From a virus, in IMG/VR virus record IMGVR_UViG_3300045988_048622, positions 101,990 to 165,989 of that record: 64,000 nt of DNA. The stretch is one strand, 5' to 3'. The notes under the pieces were generated by a model. The model was not told where the DNA came from. It ran no database searches and saw only the letters and a list, made by a program, of their open reading frames with translations. The position numbers and the translations under genes are program-made. Each line of letters opens with the position of its first letter. Within the stretch, counting starts at the first letter, position 1. Below are positions 47,798-61,849 of the stretch, in pieces.

Positions 47798-48028
47798 ATA
47801 TGGAAATGGATTAAAGCAATATTTATTAAACCTTTAACAATATTGAAAAGTATATATTTCAATATATTCGGAATAAATCAAGATTTGACAACCAAAAGAT
47901 TAAAAATTTGTGACGCTTGTTCCCATAAATTACAAACATCTGTTGGGGAAGTGTGCGATGAATGTGGTTGTATATTAGAGAATAAAACAAGAATTGAAGA
48001 TGAACATTGTGATTTATGTAAATGGTAA
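47798..48028 (+). CDS. small Cys-rich zinc-binding protein (paralog of 47496-47711)
   Basis: CDACSH...CDECGC...HCDLCKW; start trimmed from ORF-track 47645 to the in-frame ATG at 47798. Confidence 0.35.
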   Translation: MWKWIKAIFIKPLTILKSIYFNIFGINQDLTTKRLKICDACSHKLQTSVGEVCDECGCILENKTRIEDEHCDLCKW

Positions 48029-48036
48029 AATGAATT

Positions 48037-48639
48037 ATGGAAACTTTAAGAACAGAATTAAACAGTAACGAAAAACTAGCACTATCATTAACTGGAATGG
48101 AAGGTACGGGAGAACATTTTATTTTAAATGGAGAGGCTGCAGACCAAACATTATTAAGAGAAAAACAAGAAAAGTTTAATACCGCAGTAGATGAGTTAGA
48201 AGATAAATTCTCTAAACATAATCAGGCACTAGAGGATTACGCTAAATCATTATCTAACGATATGAATGGAGTTGAAATTATGCCGATGTATGGGTATGCA
48301 TTAATTAAACCCTTTGAACAAAACCCATTCCAAAAAATAAAAACTACTAAAAGCGGTCTTATTACTGATTTAGGTGGATTTACTCCTACTTATAAATCTA
48401 ATGAGACTGGAGAAATTGAAGAAGAGCAACAATTTATTAAGGTAGGAACTGTGATAGAAGTAGGACATAAGTGTGAGTTCTTGAAGCCTGGAGATATTGT
48501 ATTTTATACAATAGCTAGTGAATGTATGGTTCCATTCTATAAACTAGGATTTGTAGTAGTTAATGAGAATAGAATCATGGCTGTAGTTAATGAGAAACTA
48601 ACTGAAAGAAGAGACGAATTGAAGCATGGAAACAATTGA
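48037..48639 (+). CDS. hypothetical protein
   Basis: 200-aa ORF in the standard code. Confidence 0.4.
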   Translation: METLRTELNSNEKLALSLTGMEGTGEHFILNGEAADQTLLREKQEKFNTAVDELEDKFSKHNQALEDYAKSLSNDMNGVEIMPMYGYALIKPFEQNPFQKIKTTKSGLITDLGGFTPTYKSNETGEIEEEQQFIKVGTVIEVGHKCEFLKPGDIVFYTIASECMVPFYKLGFVVVNENRIMAVVNEKLTERRDELKHGNN

Positions 48640-48849
48640 TGAAAAAGTTTATTTTAAGCCTGGGGATTGTGTTACTTTACGGTAGTGTAAAGTAATGCAC
48701 TCTCCAGTTATGCTTGTTCTAAGAAGAGAAGCAGCTTTATTTAAAGATAACCAAGGATTACGAGGACTAAGATGTAGATGGTTTACTGATTCTGGATTAA
48801 TGCAGGAAGCAGTATTTAATACAAAGGATTTAATTAAAGTAGAAGAGTA

Positions 48850-49422
48850 ATGGCTAATTAGGAAGAATTACAGAAAGCATTCATGGCATACTTGATACAA
48901 GATGCCCAAGCACAAGGGATACAACTACAATCAGAGCAAGATTTATAGGCTTACGCTGAGTAGCTTGGAGAAGATGGAATCAAAGCCAAGTATCAAGAAT
49001 TTATGTAGAAGATGCAAGGCGGAGTTATGGCTAGACTTGGAGCTAAACTAGAATACTATAAAAAATTAAAAGGAGTATGCCCAGAAGGAGAGGAACTTGT
49101 TTATTTTAAACAGGGAGGAAGAATCTGCAAAGCTTGCCAAAAAGCATAGAAAGGAACTAAGGTTACTAAGAAAGCTAATGAAGTTGACAAGTTCAAGGCT
49201 GGAAGAGCTTAGTATAAAAAGGATATGAAATCTGCAAAGGATGAAGCATCCAGAGATTCTGTATCTATTAATAAATATAATGACTAGGAGGTCATGGCAA
49301 ATAGAGGACACAAGGGAAACTTTAAAAATGGAAAATGGGTTCCAGATAGAACAAAGTATGCTAAGAAAGATGCTTGTGGTTCTAAAATGAAAGTAAGTAA
49401 ATGCGGTTCTAAAATGAAATAA
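48850..49422 (+). CDS. hypothetical protein (TAG read as a sense codon)
   Basis: 190-aa ORF with nine in-frame TAGs, all in Q-rich context (QDAQAQGIQLQSEQDLQAYAEQL); C-terminal CxxC pairs. Confidence 0.5.
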
Positions 49423-49452
49423 AAAGATTAAAGATGTTAATGTTAATGATTG

Positions 49453-50019
49453 ATGAGTATGAATGTATTTAATTATAACACTTTAACTAAATAGTTAGAA
49501 ATAAATGAACCAGAGCTTCTTCTAGTTAAAGAGTTTAAGGCTTTGATACAGAGAGATAAATCTGTTGACAAGGAACGAGTAACTAGAGAATTATCTTACA
49601 TTTATCTAGCTATTGATTGGAAGAGTCCCTATAGCCAATATTCAGAACATGAAAGACATGATGAAGCTATTAGTGACTCTGGACTATCTGAATCCGAATT
49701 TAATGACCCGTTATTCAGGGAAGCCTGTAGAAAATACCGAGCATTGTAGGATTCTAACAAATCAATAAAACTTCTAGAAGCAGCTAAAAGAGCAGCTGAC
49801 TAGTTTATTGATTATTTTGATACTATAGTAGATTTAAATGAACGTGATAATAATGGCAAACCCGTCTTTCAAGCTGAAAAGGTAATGAAAGAAATGGCTA
49901 CTCTTCATAAAGTTCATGAAGAATTAGTAACACTAGAAGAGCAGGTTAAGAAAGAGCTTACAGAACAATCTACTGTAAGAGGTGGAGCTACAGACGGCTT
50001 TGACCCAGGAGACTTTTAA
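49453..50019 (+). CDS. hypothetical protein directly upstream of TerL (possible small terminase subunit)
   Basis: 188-aa ORF with three TAGs; its position immediately 5' of the large terminase is the only support for a TerS call. Confidence 0.35.
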
Positions 50020-50021
50020 TT

Positions 50022-52382
50022 ATGCCTAGAAAGAAAAAAATATTACCTGAAGAAATCTAGAATATAGTAGATTAGGTAAGAGAGAAAGAACAAAAAGAGG
50101 ATGCCAAAGAAGCTAGAGAACTAGTATAGAAGATAAGAGAGGAAAGAGGCAAAAATGCTGATTATTGGGATGTAAAAAGAGGAGATAAGATAGAGGTATT
50201 TGACCCTACTTTATCTTATGAAATAACTGGATATAGACCAATAGATGAAACACATGGTCTTGATTTCGACCCAGATTGGTTTACTGAGACCAGAGAAGTA
50301 TATAGAAAAACTGGAAAGTATTGTCCATATCTAAAAGATAGTAAGAGATATAATGAGTTTTGGAAGGAATAGTATAGAAGATGTAAATATGGAATGACTG
50401 TTAATGGTTATACAATTACTGGAGATAACTATTTCTTCCTAAACTTCTACTAGCTTCCTATTATTGATGATAACAAGGCATCTGGAGAAGGAACAAGTAG
50501 TGACTTTCCTATATTTTTCGCATCTCATTATATGTTCTTTCATTATCTATAGATGGCTAGAGTTCTGCATAAACACGCAGCTCTTATGAAAGCTCGTTCT
50601 ATTGGATTCTCTGAAATAAATGCATCCTTATCTGCAAGAATGTATTCAGTAATCAGAAGAAGCAGAGTAATGATTACCTGTTTTAATGATACCTTCCTTA
50701 AAGGTACTTTTAGTAAGTTTGATAATGCTTTAACATTCTTGAATACTTGTACAGGAGGAGGATTCTTCAAACTACGTTTGATTGACCAAGACTTAAGAAA
50801 GAAGTCCGGTAAACAGATTAAGGTAAACGGACAGTTTGAGGATGTTGGATTTAAATCGGAAGTAGTTGGAATAAACGGAGCTAAGGCATCTAATATTCGT
50901 GGAGACCGTGTTGACTTATTAATATATGATGAAGCAGGATCTTGGCCTGGACTAGATACTGCTGTAGTGTAGGGACAAGAGCTTTGTGAAGTTCAAGGTA
51001 AACCTCGTGGAACAATGTTATTTGGAGGTACTGGTGGTGATATGGGCGCTCCATTAGCAGGTCTTAAGAAGATATATTATAATCCAAAAGCTTACAAAGT
51101 TCTTCCATTTAGACATAATTATACCCAGGATGGGACTACTATTGAAAGTGGGTTCTTCATTCCATATTTTGTCTAGTCTCTAAATTCAGAATACATGGAC
51201 CATAGAGGTGTATGTAATACAGTAGAATATAAGAAGTATCTATAGGAAGAGCGCGACAATTTATTAGCAGTTCCAGATGACTATCTAAAGAAGTGTGCTG
51301 AACGATGTTGGAATGCAGAAGAAGCATTTAATCTTGAAGGTGTTAACAAGTTCAACAAGATTCTTATTGCGGACCAGTTAGCTAATATAAGACTTAAGAA
51401 AATAGGACCAAGACCAGAATCTGGATACATAGACTATTTCTATAAAAATAATAAACACACCTAGGATAATATAGATGGTTTTAAATGGATTCCTAATATT
51501 AACGGAAAAGTAAAAATACTTGAACATCCTGTATGGTCTGATTTGTATAAAGAGTAGATGGATAAACTTAGATAGGAAGCCGAGGAAAGGGGAGAAGAAT
51601 TTGAATCTCCAGCGTACAAAGAAATGCATGATTTATATGTTGCAGGAATAGACGGTATTGATATAGGAGCTAGTCAAACTTCAAAAGAAACAAGAGATCC
51701 TTCTGATTTCTGTATAACTATAAAAAAAAGAGCATTTGGTCTAAACGAACCGTAGTATGTTGCTATGTATAAAGACAGACCTAATGACATTAGAGAAGCC
51801 TATAAAATAGCTATGTGTTTAGCTAGATACTATAATTGTAGAATAAACATAGAAGCTACCCGTGTAGGTATGATTACCTGGGCTAGAGAAAAGGGTTGTT
51901 TAAACTACTTTATGAAAAGACCTAGAGCTACTCTAACAGACGTCAAGAATGGAACTACTAAATAGTACGGAACACCCGCTACCAAAACTATTATAGAACA
52001 ACATACTGATTTGACAGCAGCCTTTATTGAGGATTTCTGTCATACTATATGGTTTGAAGAAATGTTAGACCAATTTACTGGATATAATGATGAGAATAAA
52101 GGTAAATTCGATATTGTAGCAGCTGTGGGAATGACAGAATTGGCAGACTAGGAATTGTCAGGAAGATAGCCAGTGCTTGTTGAAAAAGAAGTTGAACAAT
52201 TCCAAGATTATGGTTATTATTACGACGAGAGAGGAATCAAAAGATTTGGGGTTATACCAACTTCTAAGACTTTTGAAACTAACATACAAAAAAATGAATA
52301 CGATGACCCATACAGAATTGAAACAAGTGATCCTAGGTTATATGAGAGACTTGTACAAAATGGAATACGTAGGTGGGCTTGA
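50022..52382 (+). CDS. terL: terminase large subunit (TAG read as a sense codon)
   Basis: 786-aa ORF continuous through about 20 in-frame TAGs and ending at TGA; Walker B-like VDLLIYDEAG; C-terminal RNase-H-like nuclease segment (GIDGIDIGASQTSKETRDPSDF); ORF-track fragments 50553.., 51765.. and 52173.. share its frame. Confidence 0.7.
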
Positions 52383-52638
52383 AATTCAGAACCTAGATCC
52401 AGTTGGTTATAAGGTATCGTTTAACTTTGATAGGTCAGAGATGCCTTTAGTCATTATAGCTGATTTACCTGATGAAGAATTTCTCCCATTTATAAAGGAA
52501 GAATTAAGAAGTAGGAAGTTACAAAGAGTTAAATACTATAATGCAACTAAACTTCCTCCAGAACAGCATAATTTATGTTATGAAAGAAAAAGAACTGATA
52601 GACAAGACGAACGAGGCTATTGCGGAGCTTGTATATGA
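52360..52638 (+). CDS. questionable small ORF overlapping the TerL 3' end
   Basis: Frame-1 ORF (ORF-track 52177..52638) trimmed to an internal ATG; may not be a real gene. Confidence 0.15.
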   Translation: MEYVGGLEIQNLDPVGYKVSFNFDRSEMPLVIIADLPDEEFLPFIKEELRSRKLQRVKYYNATKLPPEQHNLCYERKRTDRQDERGYCGACI

Positions 52639-54751
52639 TAAGTACGAATTATAGAAAGCCTATAATTACTATAACGGAAAGAGAGACCCAGAATAGTTTC
52701 GTTACCTGGAAGAAAACTTTGGAATAGGTAGTCCTACTTCTGTAGAATTTACACCATTACTAAAAAAGCACGTAGATGCTCTAGTAGGGGAATATCTAGG
52801 AACCCCTATCCTTCCGAAGATTTCTTGTAAGGATTCAGATACCATTAGTAATATCACCAGAGAAAAATAGTTAGAAATAACTAAAGGAATAGTTAAATTT
52901 CTTAGAGACCATTTAAGTAATTCTATTCTGAAATTTATCGACGGAAAAGATATTACAGATAAAGCCGTGAAGACTTAGTTAGATAAAATTATTCAAGACA
53001 TTGATTAGTCTTTTATTTCTCAATATGAGATAGCTGCATAGAATATTATTCATTATATTATGCAGTCTAGAGAAACCGATTTAATAACTAAACTCCGATA
53101 GTTACTTACAGATTTATTAATTACTGGCTATACATTTTTCAGAGTAAAATCATCATCTTCTGGAACTAACATAGAAATAGAAGTTCTGAATCCTTTAAAT
53201 ACTTTCGTAGATAGGAATCCAGAATCTCCATATGTTAGAAATTCGTATAGAGTAGTAGTTAGAAAATGGATGAGTAAAAGCTAGATATTAGCTAAATACG
53301 GAAAAGAAATCTCTAGAGAAGATCTGAAAAGACTAAAAGATGAATGGAGAGCCGATGATTCAGCTGCAGTTTATAGAAGAGTTTATGGTGACACTTGTAC
53401 TATAGTAAACGAAGACTAGAATCATGAAACTATTCCTGGATATCCAGATAATGAATATAGTGCTCATAGATTTTAGTTAATTCCTGTTTATGATGTAGAG
53501 TGGATAGAAACTGATGACGATTTTGTAATGTAGAGATACAATACCATTAGAATTGGAGAAGAAATATATATTCTGAGAGGTCTAGACAAGACTGTTATGA
53601 GGTCAAAAGATAATCCTAATTTCTGCTCTTTGTCTGTGAATGGGGTATATTTCTTAAATCGTTCTCAACAACCGTACTCTCTGATATTAAAGTGTGCACA
53701 TCTACAGGATAGATATGACTTGTTAAATTATTATAGGGATAACCTGATAGCTAACAGCGGTACTGCTGGAGTAATCATGGATATGTCATTGCTTCCTACT
53801 AACCTAGGCGTAAAATGGCCAGAAAGAGTGTAGAAATGGTTAGCATACAAGAAGGGTGGTATCATGTGGATTGATTCTACTTAGGAAGGGAGAAATGACG
53901 GAGCGCAAGCACCTAACTAGATATACAATGGATTTGATGATACCTTAAAAGCTTAGGCTGTATAGGCTATTGAATTAGCAATTCAATCAGTAGAACAAAC
54001 TACATCATCTATAACTGGAGTATTTAGAGAAAGATTAAATGGAATAGAAACTCACGATGCTGTAACTAATATTAAGCAAGGTGTTACTAACTCTTACATA
54101 GTAACCAAGCATTATTTCTAGTAGATGGACCTAATCACTTGTGAGATATTATTGGATAGTCTAAACTAGGCTAAAATAACATATAAGAAAGGATTGACTG
54201 GTACTATTATACTTGGAGATAAATACTAGCAGATATTTACAGCACTTCCAGAATATTTTACGGTTACTGATTATGACATCCATATAACTTCTAGCTCTGA
54301 AGTAATGGAAGATTTACAAACTATTAAAGCCATTATTCCAGAGTTTGTTAAAAGTCAGCAAATGGATCCTGACATCATATTTGAAGCACTAACTGCTAAG
54401 AGTCTTACAGACCTTAAATATAAGGTTAAGAAAGCAGTATAGATTCGTAAAGAAGAAAACAATTAGCTATAGCAGCTATAGGAAAAACTGGAAGAAACTT
54501 CACAATAGGCACAGCAGTTACAGCAAGAACTATAGAAAGCTTAGTAGAAGATAGAAAGTTTGGATGAATAGAGATTAGGATTAGAGTAGCAGAAAATGTA
54601 GTTAGAATATAAAGTTAACTGGCTCAAAGCTCAATCTGATTCTACATATAAAGATAGACAAATGGATATAGAAGAAAAGAGAACTGAAATAGAGTTAGCT
54701 TAGCTTCATGATGGAAATCCATATAATGACAAAATAAGACAAATACATTAA
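52541..54751 (+). CDS. portal protein (TAG read as a sense codon)
   Basis: About 736 aa (alternative start 52580), continuous through more than 30 TAGs to TAA at 54749-54751; frame checked codon by codon from 53831. Size, position after TerL, and the Q-rich C-terminal coiled coil (QQLQEKLEETSQQAQQLQQELQKAQQKIESL) fit a portal. Confidence 0.55.
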
Positions 54752-54752
54752 T

Positions 54753-55487
54753 ATGGCAACTGGAACAATTGTATATAATAAGGATTAGCAATAGATTTAT
54801 CCTATTTCAGATGGTTCAGTAATTATTAGTAATGCTTCTGGTTCCAAATCAAATGTGGAAGAAGATTTAAAGAAACTATTTAAATAGGTGTCAGATCTTT
54901 CTGGTTCTAGTGAAGCGGTAAATAATATTATTATTAAGATTCATTACTTACCTGCTGATACTGCTGAAGAATCTGAGATAAAATTATCTACTAAATAGTG
55001 GACTGATACTTTTGAACTTCCAACTGAAGAGAATCCATACATCTGGAAAAGAACTAAATTTACTTTCTAGGGAGCTGACGAATCTCAGGGAACTACTATT
55101 TATGAGATTGTGGCAAGCGATGTTTCTACTATTATCTAGAATATATACACTAGAACTGAGGGAATAACTCCAGTTATTGAGTATAAGCAGAAAACAGATG
55201 AGGATGGAAATCCTCTATATGTAGATTCAGAAGGACATGAAACAACGACTGTTACTCCAACTAAGGCATATGACTATAATTATTATTGGAATGGGAAACC
55301 AGCTGGTAAATTAAATAGTCTACCACCGACTCCTGAAGGTTAGTCATATACATGGACAGACTATCCTCAAGATATTAGTTTATCATTTAGTTCAGTTTTT
55401 ATGTCTAGACGTATACGACAAGAAGGTAAGTGGAAACCATTTTCTACTCCTGCTCAATATGGTCAATGGTCTACTACTGAGTCTTAA
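54753..55487 (+). CDS. virion structural protein, hypothetical (TAG read as a sense codon)
   Basis: 244-aa ORF with seven TAGs. Confidence 0.45.
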
Positions 55488-55497
55488 TTATTATAAT

Positions 55498-56226
55498 ATG
55501 GAATTTAGTATTGATATACATACCCAGATTAACGGGGAAATAACTATTGAAGACTTTTCAAAGGAATATGGATAGTATATTGATGAAGATTTAGAGGTAG
55601 TAACTTCCTATGATTCTTATAAGTATAGTGAAAGTGCTACCCTAAATACTATCATAAAAGTTAGTATAGGAGATGCTACTTTGATAGACGTACTTCTCAA
55701 TGACCATACAGAGGATTTAGACTCTTGTACATTTAAGGTGAAAGAAGATGGATATTATGTAGTAGACCACATAATTCTTCCTAATATGAAATGGTATGAA
55801 AATTCATCTGATGAATACAAGGAGTATTATGAAACTATCTATATAACTGATGGAGAGAAACTATATAAAGAAGTAGATGGAGAGCTAGAGGAATGTACTG
55901 TAAAAGAAATCCTTGAGAGAAATATAGAAGGAACTACTATCAAAAAATGTAAGGTAGATGTATTCTTTACAGGAAATCTGCAATAGTGTTATATTAACTA
56001 CTGTAAGAAACTCTTTGACTCTTTATTAAATAAGTGTCTAACTAGAGAACATGATGCAGATATATTTGCAAGAGATTTTATCTGGATGACACTTAACATT
56101 ATAGATTATTTAATAGGCTTTAAACAATTCATGGAAGCTGAAAGATTGTTAGCAATGTTCCGTACTTGCGGTGGATTCTGTAACAATCACCATGAACATA
56201 AACGTATAGGTTGTGGATGCTCTTAA
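55498..56226 (+). CDS. hypothetical protein, Cys-rich C-terminus (TAG read as a sense codon)
   Basis: 242 aa; extends ORF-track 55681..55986 upstream through one TAG and downstream past a TAG to TAA at 56224-56226. Confidence 0.45.
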
Positions 56227-56381
56227 AAGAAAGGCTATTAAAAGGTATGAGGATTTCCTTAAAAGGGTTAGAAAGGGATATAGACCAGATTATTAGGATA
56301 TTTTGAATCTAATTTGTTTTATTAACCTACCCGTAAAATTAGATAATCACGAATTTATTAAATAGCAATTATTGAATCATA

Positions 56382-57971
56382 ATGATACAGCCTATTTATA
56401 CTTCGGTAAGCAATGCTGATATAAAGCCTTGTGGAAAGAAAGGACATTTAATAAAAAGTGAACCTATACCTCTCCTAAGAAACAACTATCTTGGAGAATA
56501 TAGAACTGAATTAGAAAGAGCTAAGGTTAGAAAGAATCTAGGTATCGCTGATGAGTAGAGTCTTCTTTGGGGAAATATAGAAGGAACTATAGAAGCCTAG
56601 AAAGATTTAGTATAGTACATAGAATAGAAATGGACTTATACTAGTGATGTTGCAGAGAATATCAATACTGTAAAAGATGCCTTAGATTATGCTTTATTCT
56701 TTATAAGTTAGTACGAAGCTAATACAGAAGAAATAGAGGAAATAAAAGTTGATATAAGTAATATCAGAACTTCTATTACTGTACTTAAGGAAGAACTTGA
56801 AGAAGAAATTGAATCTAACAGAACTGGCATAAACAATCTTTCTGAGAAAATAACCTAGATTAATGAGGCAATAGAGGATATTAATGAGTCTATCAAAAAT
56901 ATAGATGTTGACAAAAACATCTAGAATTGGATAACTAATAGTCTAAGAAACTCCAAAACCATAGAAATAAAGGATGATAATACTCTAGAAGTAATTCTAT
57001 CTTAGTAGGAGGATAATGCAATACATCTGATTCAGTAGGAAATTCCTCCAGTAGAGGAGGAAGGAGAACCTTCCACAGTAGTTCTACCTGGAATATATGT
57101 AAAAGACCTGGAACCATCTCTAACAGAGGTAAAGGAAGAAGTTAAGGGAGTATAGGAAGCTTAGAAGAACACTGATTCTAAAGTAGATTCTAATACTGAA
57201 AATATCACAAATATATAGACAAGTTTAGAAACTATAGCTACTTATTAGACGGAACTCCCAGATGATACTACTTCAACAGTAATTGAAGGGACTACAGTAG
57301 AGAAACTTAAGGGCAAGCCCTTTAATGAGATTATTGATACTTTACTATTTCCAACAGTAGTTAGAGATTTAGTATACCCATAGCTTTATTATAGTTTTAC
57401 TTCTCAAATAGTAGAAGTAGGAACTGCTTTATTAACTCCTACACTTACATTTATAAAGAATGATGCTGGAGAAGAAACTGACAGACAAGAAACTATTACT
57501 TATAACAGTTCTCCTGTAGAGTCTGATACATATAATTCTATTGGTACTTATACTCACTCTGGTACAGTGAGTTATGCCGCTGGAGAATATTTGATAAACA
57601 ATAAAGGAGAAGTTACAGATAAGAGAGTAGAAGCTGGTTCTATTTCCGCTACCGCTTAGGTAGTAGCCACATATCCTTGGTATTCTGGTAATACTGATAG
57701 TGTGATTAAATAGGCGCTAGTTCCTTTTGGACAATCGTCTGGAACTATCACATTTTCACTAAGTGGTAAGGCTATTATAAAATTGCCAGGAAGTAACACA
57801 TAGTTAAATTCATTTACCGTAGATGGGGGACTTGGATATTTAAATGTAGACCTAAGTGGTTGGGAAACGTCTACCGAGTAGATAAATGGATTTACTTACA
57901 AGGTATGGACTAAGAAAGATACTTACTCCTCAGCATTGCCACATCAAATTAACTTTATTCTATCACAATAA
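56382..57971 (+). CDS. structural protein with central coiled coil (tail/fibre-like), TAG read as a sense codon
   Basis: 529-aa ORF with about 25 TAGs; heptad-rich centre and beta-rich C-terminus. Confidence 0.45.
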
Positions 57972-59809
57972 TGGCATTTAAATATACAGGTGATGCTACC
58001 TTAGGTGTCGCTTTAACCGTAGAAACTCCGAAGCCTCTCGATAATAGAACAGTCGTTAATAACTTAGACGAACTTTATTCTATTCCAGAGAAGTATGCTT
58101 ATCAAGGTATGACCGTTGCTAACATAGATAACGGAAATATTTATATGCTAATTGATAAGTCTAAGATTAAATACAAGGAAGGATGGAAAGCATCCTATGA
58201 ATCTATCTAGATAATCACCTGTACAGAGGCTGAATATAAAGAATGGTCTGAGAATACTACAGACGATTTTAGGCCCATAGATGAAAGTAAAACGTATCTT
58301 CATGCTGAGACATATTATTATATATATGAGGATAGCTTAGACGATGACTAGTTTTACCTATCCGCAGAATGGGGAAAAAAGATAGAAGAGCAATTAAAAC
58401 AGAAGGCCCTTAATACTACTGTAGTATAGATTAGAACAGACTTAGATAACACTATTGCCAGCCTATCAGATTACGCTACACTGGAAGAATTAACTACTAA
58501 TTATGTCTCTAACGATTCTTTAGCTCTATCCCTGACTAAGTATTATACTAAGGAAGAAACAAACGATATTTTCGTTACTAAAGAAAGCCTTAGAGGAGAG
58601 GGAATGGAAGGAGATGATTTTGTCTTCGTTACAAAGAAAGAATATGAGGAAGATTAGTAGGCTATCCAAGACGAGTTAGATAAAACTCTTAAGGTAGATG
58701 GAGATGGCTCCTTAGAAAGCATCACTGTTGGGTAGATAAAATCTCCTGTGGCGGAGGGAGAGAGCTAGTTAGTAGTAGACGTTAGGTCTGAAGGATTATT
58801 TATAGGTGAAGATTAGATTGCTACTGAATCGGATATTCCGAACTTAGTAACATTAACTGAAGAAGAGTATCTAAAGTTAGTAGAGGAAGGGACGGTAGAA
58901 CCTGATACATATTACTATGTATATGACGTTACAAATGATGCAAAGGTTTATATTACTAAGGAATATTTGGATTAGAATTATCATACTACTAATCAATATC
59001 AGTCCTGGGTTGCTACAAATTATTACTCCAAGAAGTAGATTGATGAAATAGTTCAAGGTTTGCAAAAACTTGGAAACTACGTTACTACAGAAGATATTAA
59101 GGCTTATTATACTATTTAGCAGGTTGATGACAAATTTCTTACTAAGGAAAATGCTCAGTCTACTTATGCTACTCAATAGTCATTATCTGATTTATCAGAT
59201 TAGATAGCCGAAGATTACGTAACAAAAGAAAGTTTAAGGGGAGACTCTCCTGAAACCGGAGATGATGATTTCATATTTGTTACCTAGAAAAAATATCAGG
59301 ATGATTAGGCTGCTGCTGCTAAAGAATTTAGCACTGAGCTTTTGAAATCTACATCAGTAGAAACTTCTGATATTACTATTTAGAAAATTGGAGAAAAAGA
59401 AGTACAATAGGGAACAACTGGAGAACCTTCTGAGGAAACAGGAACTGAGCAAGTTATTGAGAGTTCTGTTAAACTTACCACAGAAGATAACAGGCTATTT
59501 GCTGGAGGCAAGCAAGTTGCTATTACTGAAGAAGTACCAAAACTTGTATGCTTACCACAAGCTGATTATGATGACCTAGTTGAGAATAGTAAGACTGAAG
59601 AAGATACTTATTATTGCACCTATGGAGAAAAAGATTTACAAGATACTGGATATGTTAGAAGCGAATATCTTATAGAGAGATACTACACCAAAGCTGAGGT
59701 AGAAGAACTAATTAGCTAGGCCGTAGCCGAATTGTAGAAAAAGATAGACGCTTTATAGCCAGGTTCTAGTGTAGAGGTAGATGGAGAAAATGAACAATTA
59801 ATATTTTAA
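57971..59809 (+). CDS. structural protein (tail fibre-like), TAG read as a sense codon
   Basis: 612-aa ORF; its start overlaps the upstream stop (taATG); about 30 TAGs; extends ORF-track 57971..58210. Confidence 0.45.
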
Positions 59810-59814
59810 ACAAT

Positions 59815-60027
59815 ATGGGAACAATTTATATTGAAGGACAGTTTAAGAGTTCTGCCAAACCAGTAAAAGTTGTTGGAGGAAGTATAGGAGGAGGCTCTGG
59901 AGTAGACTAGGAAGTTCTCAAGAACTATGCTACTAAAGCAGAATTGTAGAAGGCTGTTGAGGACCTAACTGCTTCCATAGAGGGAATAGATCACGATGTA
60001 GTTGATGAAACTTTAATAATACAATGA
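59815..60027 (+). CDS. small hypothetical protein
   Basis: 70 aa with two TAGs. Confidence 0.3.
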
Positions 60028-60028
60028 T

Positions 60029-61849
60029 ATGGCAGCAATCAAATCTATAAAGGTTGGGGAAACCACATACGATTTAAAAGCTACTTACGATGGTGCTGGA
60101 AATGTTATAGATACGACATATGCCAAAGCTAATGCAATTCCAACTAAAACTTCTTAGTTACAGAATGATAGTGGATATTTGACTGAGCATTAGGATATTA
60201 GTGAATTAGCTACTAAGGGTGAGCTTGAAGGCAAAGTAGATAAGGAGTTAGGAAAGGGACTTTCTGAAGCCAATTATACTAAAACTGAGAAGGAAAAGTT
60301 AAGTACTATAGCTAATAAGGCTAATAATTATGTACACCCAACTACTTCTGGAAATAAACATATTCCATCTGGAGGAGCGTCTGGATAGATGCTAGTTTTC
60401 TCAGCAGATGGTACTGCTGAATGGGCAGATTCAAGTTCTAAGCTAGAAGAGCAATTTACAGCACTAAATAAGGCTTGGGAAGAATTGTAGAAGGCACAAC
60501 AAAAGCTTGATAAGTAGGTTACTGAGCTAAATAGTAATATGGATTTATACTCCTATGGAGTAGAATGGGATGTTACAGTAGCATCTCCGGAACTTACTAG
60601 AATAGGTAATCCTTTGTTGCATAAATCTCTTCCTATTCAGTCAGCGTATAGAGGTTGTGTAGCAAACAATGATGTAGTAAATTACTATCTGTTTCCAGAT
60701 GACTGGTCTTATAAAGAAGACGGCGAAACTCCATCTGCCTTAGATGGAACTGATGGAACAGTAAGAGTTAATACTCCTAAATTTTATGGAAAATCTGGCA
60801 GCGATGGAAACAAAAGATGGGTTAGAACTTCTACTGTCAAAATTGATGATTCATGGGTAGAAATTCCTGAACTATTAATAGATGCATACAGAAGTACAGT
60901 TGATACCACAGTCTCCGCAACTCCAAAAGCTGTATCAGTAGTTAATACTACTACTGCATTTAGAGGTGGAGGAAATAGAGCTAACTACGATGATTATCTA
61001 ACTACAGGATTAGAAACTAAGGATATATTCAGAAGTGATTTAGGAAAGCCTAGAACTAATATTTCTAGAGCTACTATGAGAACTTATGCTACAAATGCAG
61101 GTTCTGAATTGCTATGCTATGAATATTACAAATGGATATTCTACTGGAATTATGTTATTGAATATGCTAATTTTAATTCTTAGGCTGCATATAATGCAGA
61201 GTTAACTGCGGATGGATATCATCAAGGGGGTTTGGGACCTGGAGTTACAGATTGGGCTAACGCAGCTACAAGTTGGTCAGGATATAATGCAACATATCCA
61301 CTTACGCCTTGTGGTTACTGCAATGAATTTGGTAACTTCACTGGAATCAAAGATTTAGTTATTCCAGAGTGTACTGCAACAAACGAAACAGATACAGTAG
61401 CGACTAAGACATTTAAAGTTCCAAGATGGAGAGGTTTTGATAATCCATTTGGAGATATTTGGACAAACCTAGATGGAGTAGTTATTCAAAGAACTGCGGC
61501 AAATGAAATCAGTAGTGTGTATACTACCACAAACAAGGAAGAGTTTACTGACGTAATTGGCAGCAAGACCATAGCAGGATACGAGGTAGCGCAAGATGGA
61601 TACATTAAAGAGTTTGACTTAGGAGAGACAGCAGAGATTATACCATCTTCTTGTACTGGAGCCTCAGCTACAACTTATATATGTGACTACCACTCTTGCA
61701 ATGCTACCTCTACAGAGCTTCGCACGCTGCTGGTGGGCGGCGACGCGAATTCTGGCGGCAGTGCGGGTCTCGGCTTTTTCTATTCTAGCGGTGGCGTCGG
61801 CGATGCCTATTCCAGTGTCGGGTTTAGGACTCTAAATAGAGTATCTTAA
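60029..61849 (+). CDS. DGR target protein 1 (probable receptor-binding/tail-fibre protein with C-terminal lectin-like VR)
   Basis: 606-aa ORF (about 10 TAGs) joining ORF-track 60539..61183 and 61232..61849; its C-terminal 100 nt form VR1. Confidence 0.7.
61727..61825 (+). repeat. DGR variable region VR1
   Basis: Aligns to the TR at a fixed offset of 199 nt; all mismatches fall where the TR has A. Confidence 0.8.

Noticed and set aside
48640-48849. Small ORFs between 48639 and 48850.
   Set aside because: They are short, and my hand-derived coordinates gave inconsistent frame lengths; unsupported.
52177-52359. Upstream part of ORF 52177..52638, which overlaps the TerL 3' end in another frame.
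   Set aside because: The frame is open only because no TAA/TGA happens to occur; it lies within TerL coding sequence and its start is a TTG. Only the distal part (52360-52638) is retained, at low confidence.
56247-56306. ATG at 56247 after gene 55498-56226.
   Set aside because: It terminates at TGA after 19 codons; the real next gene starts at 56382.
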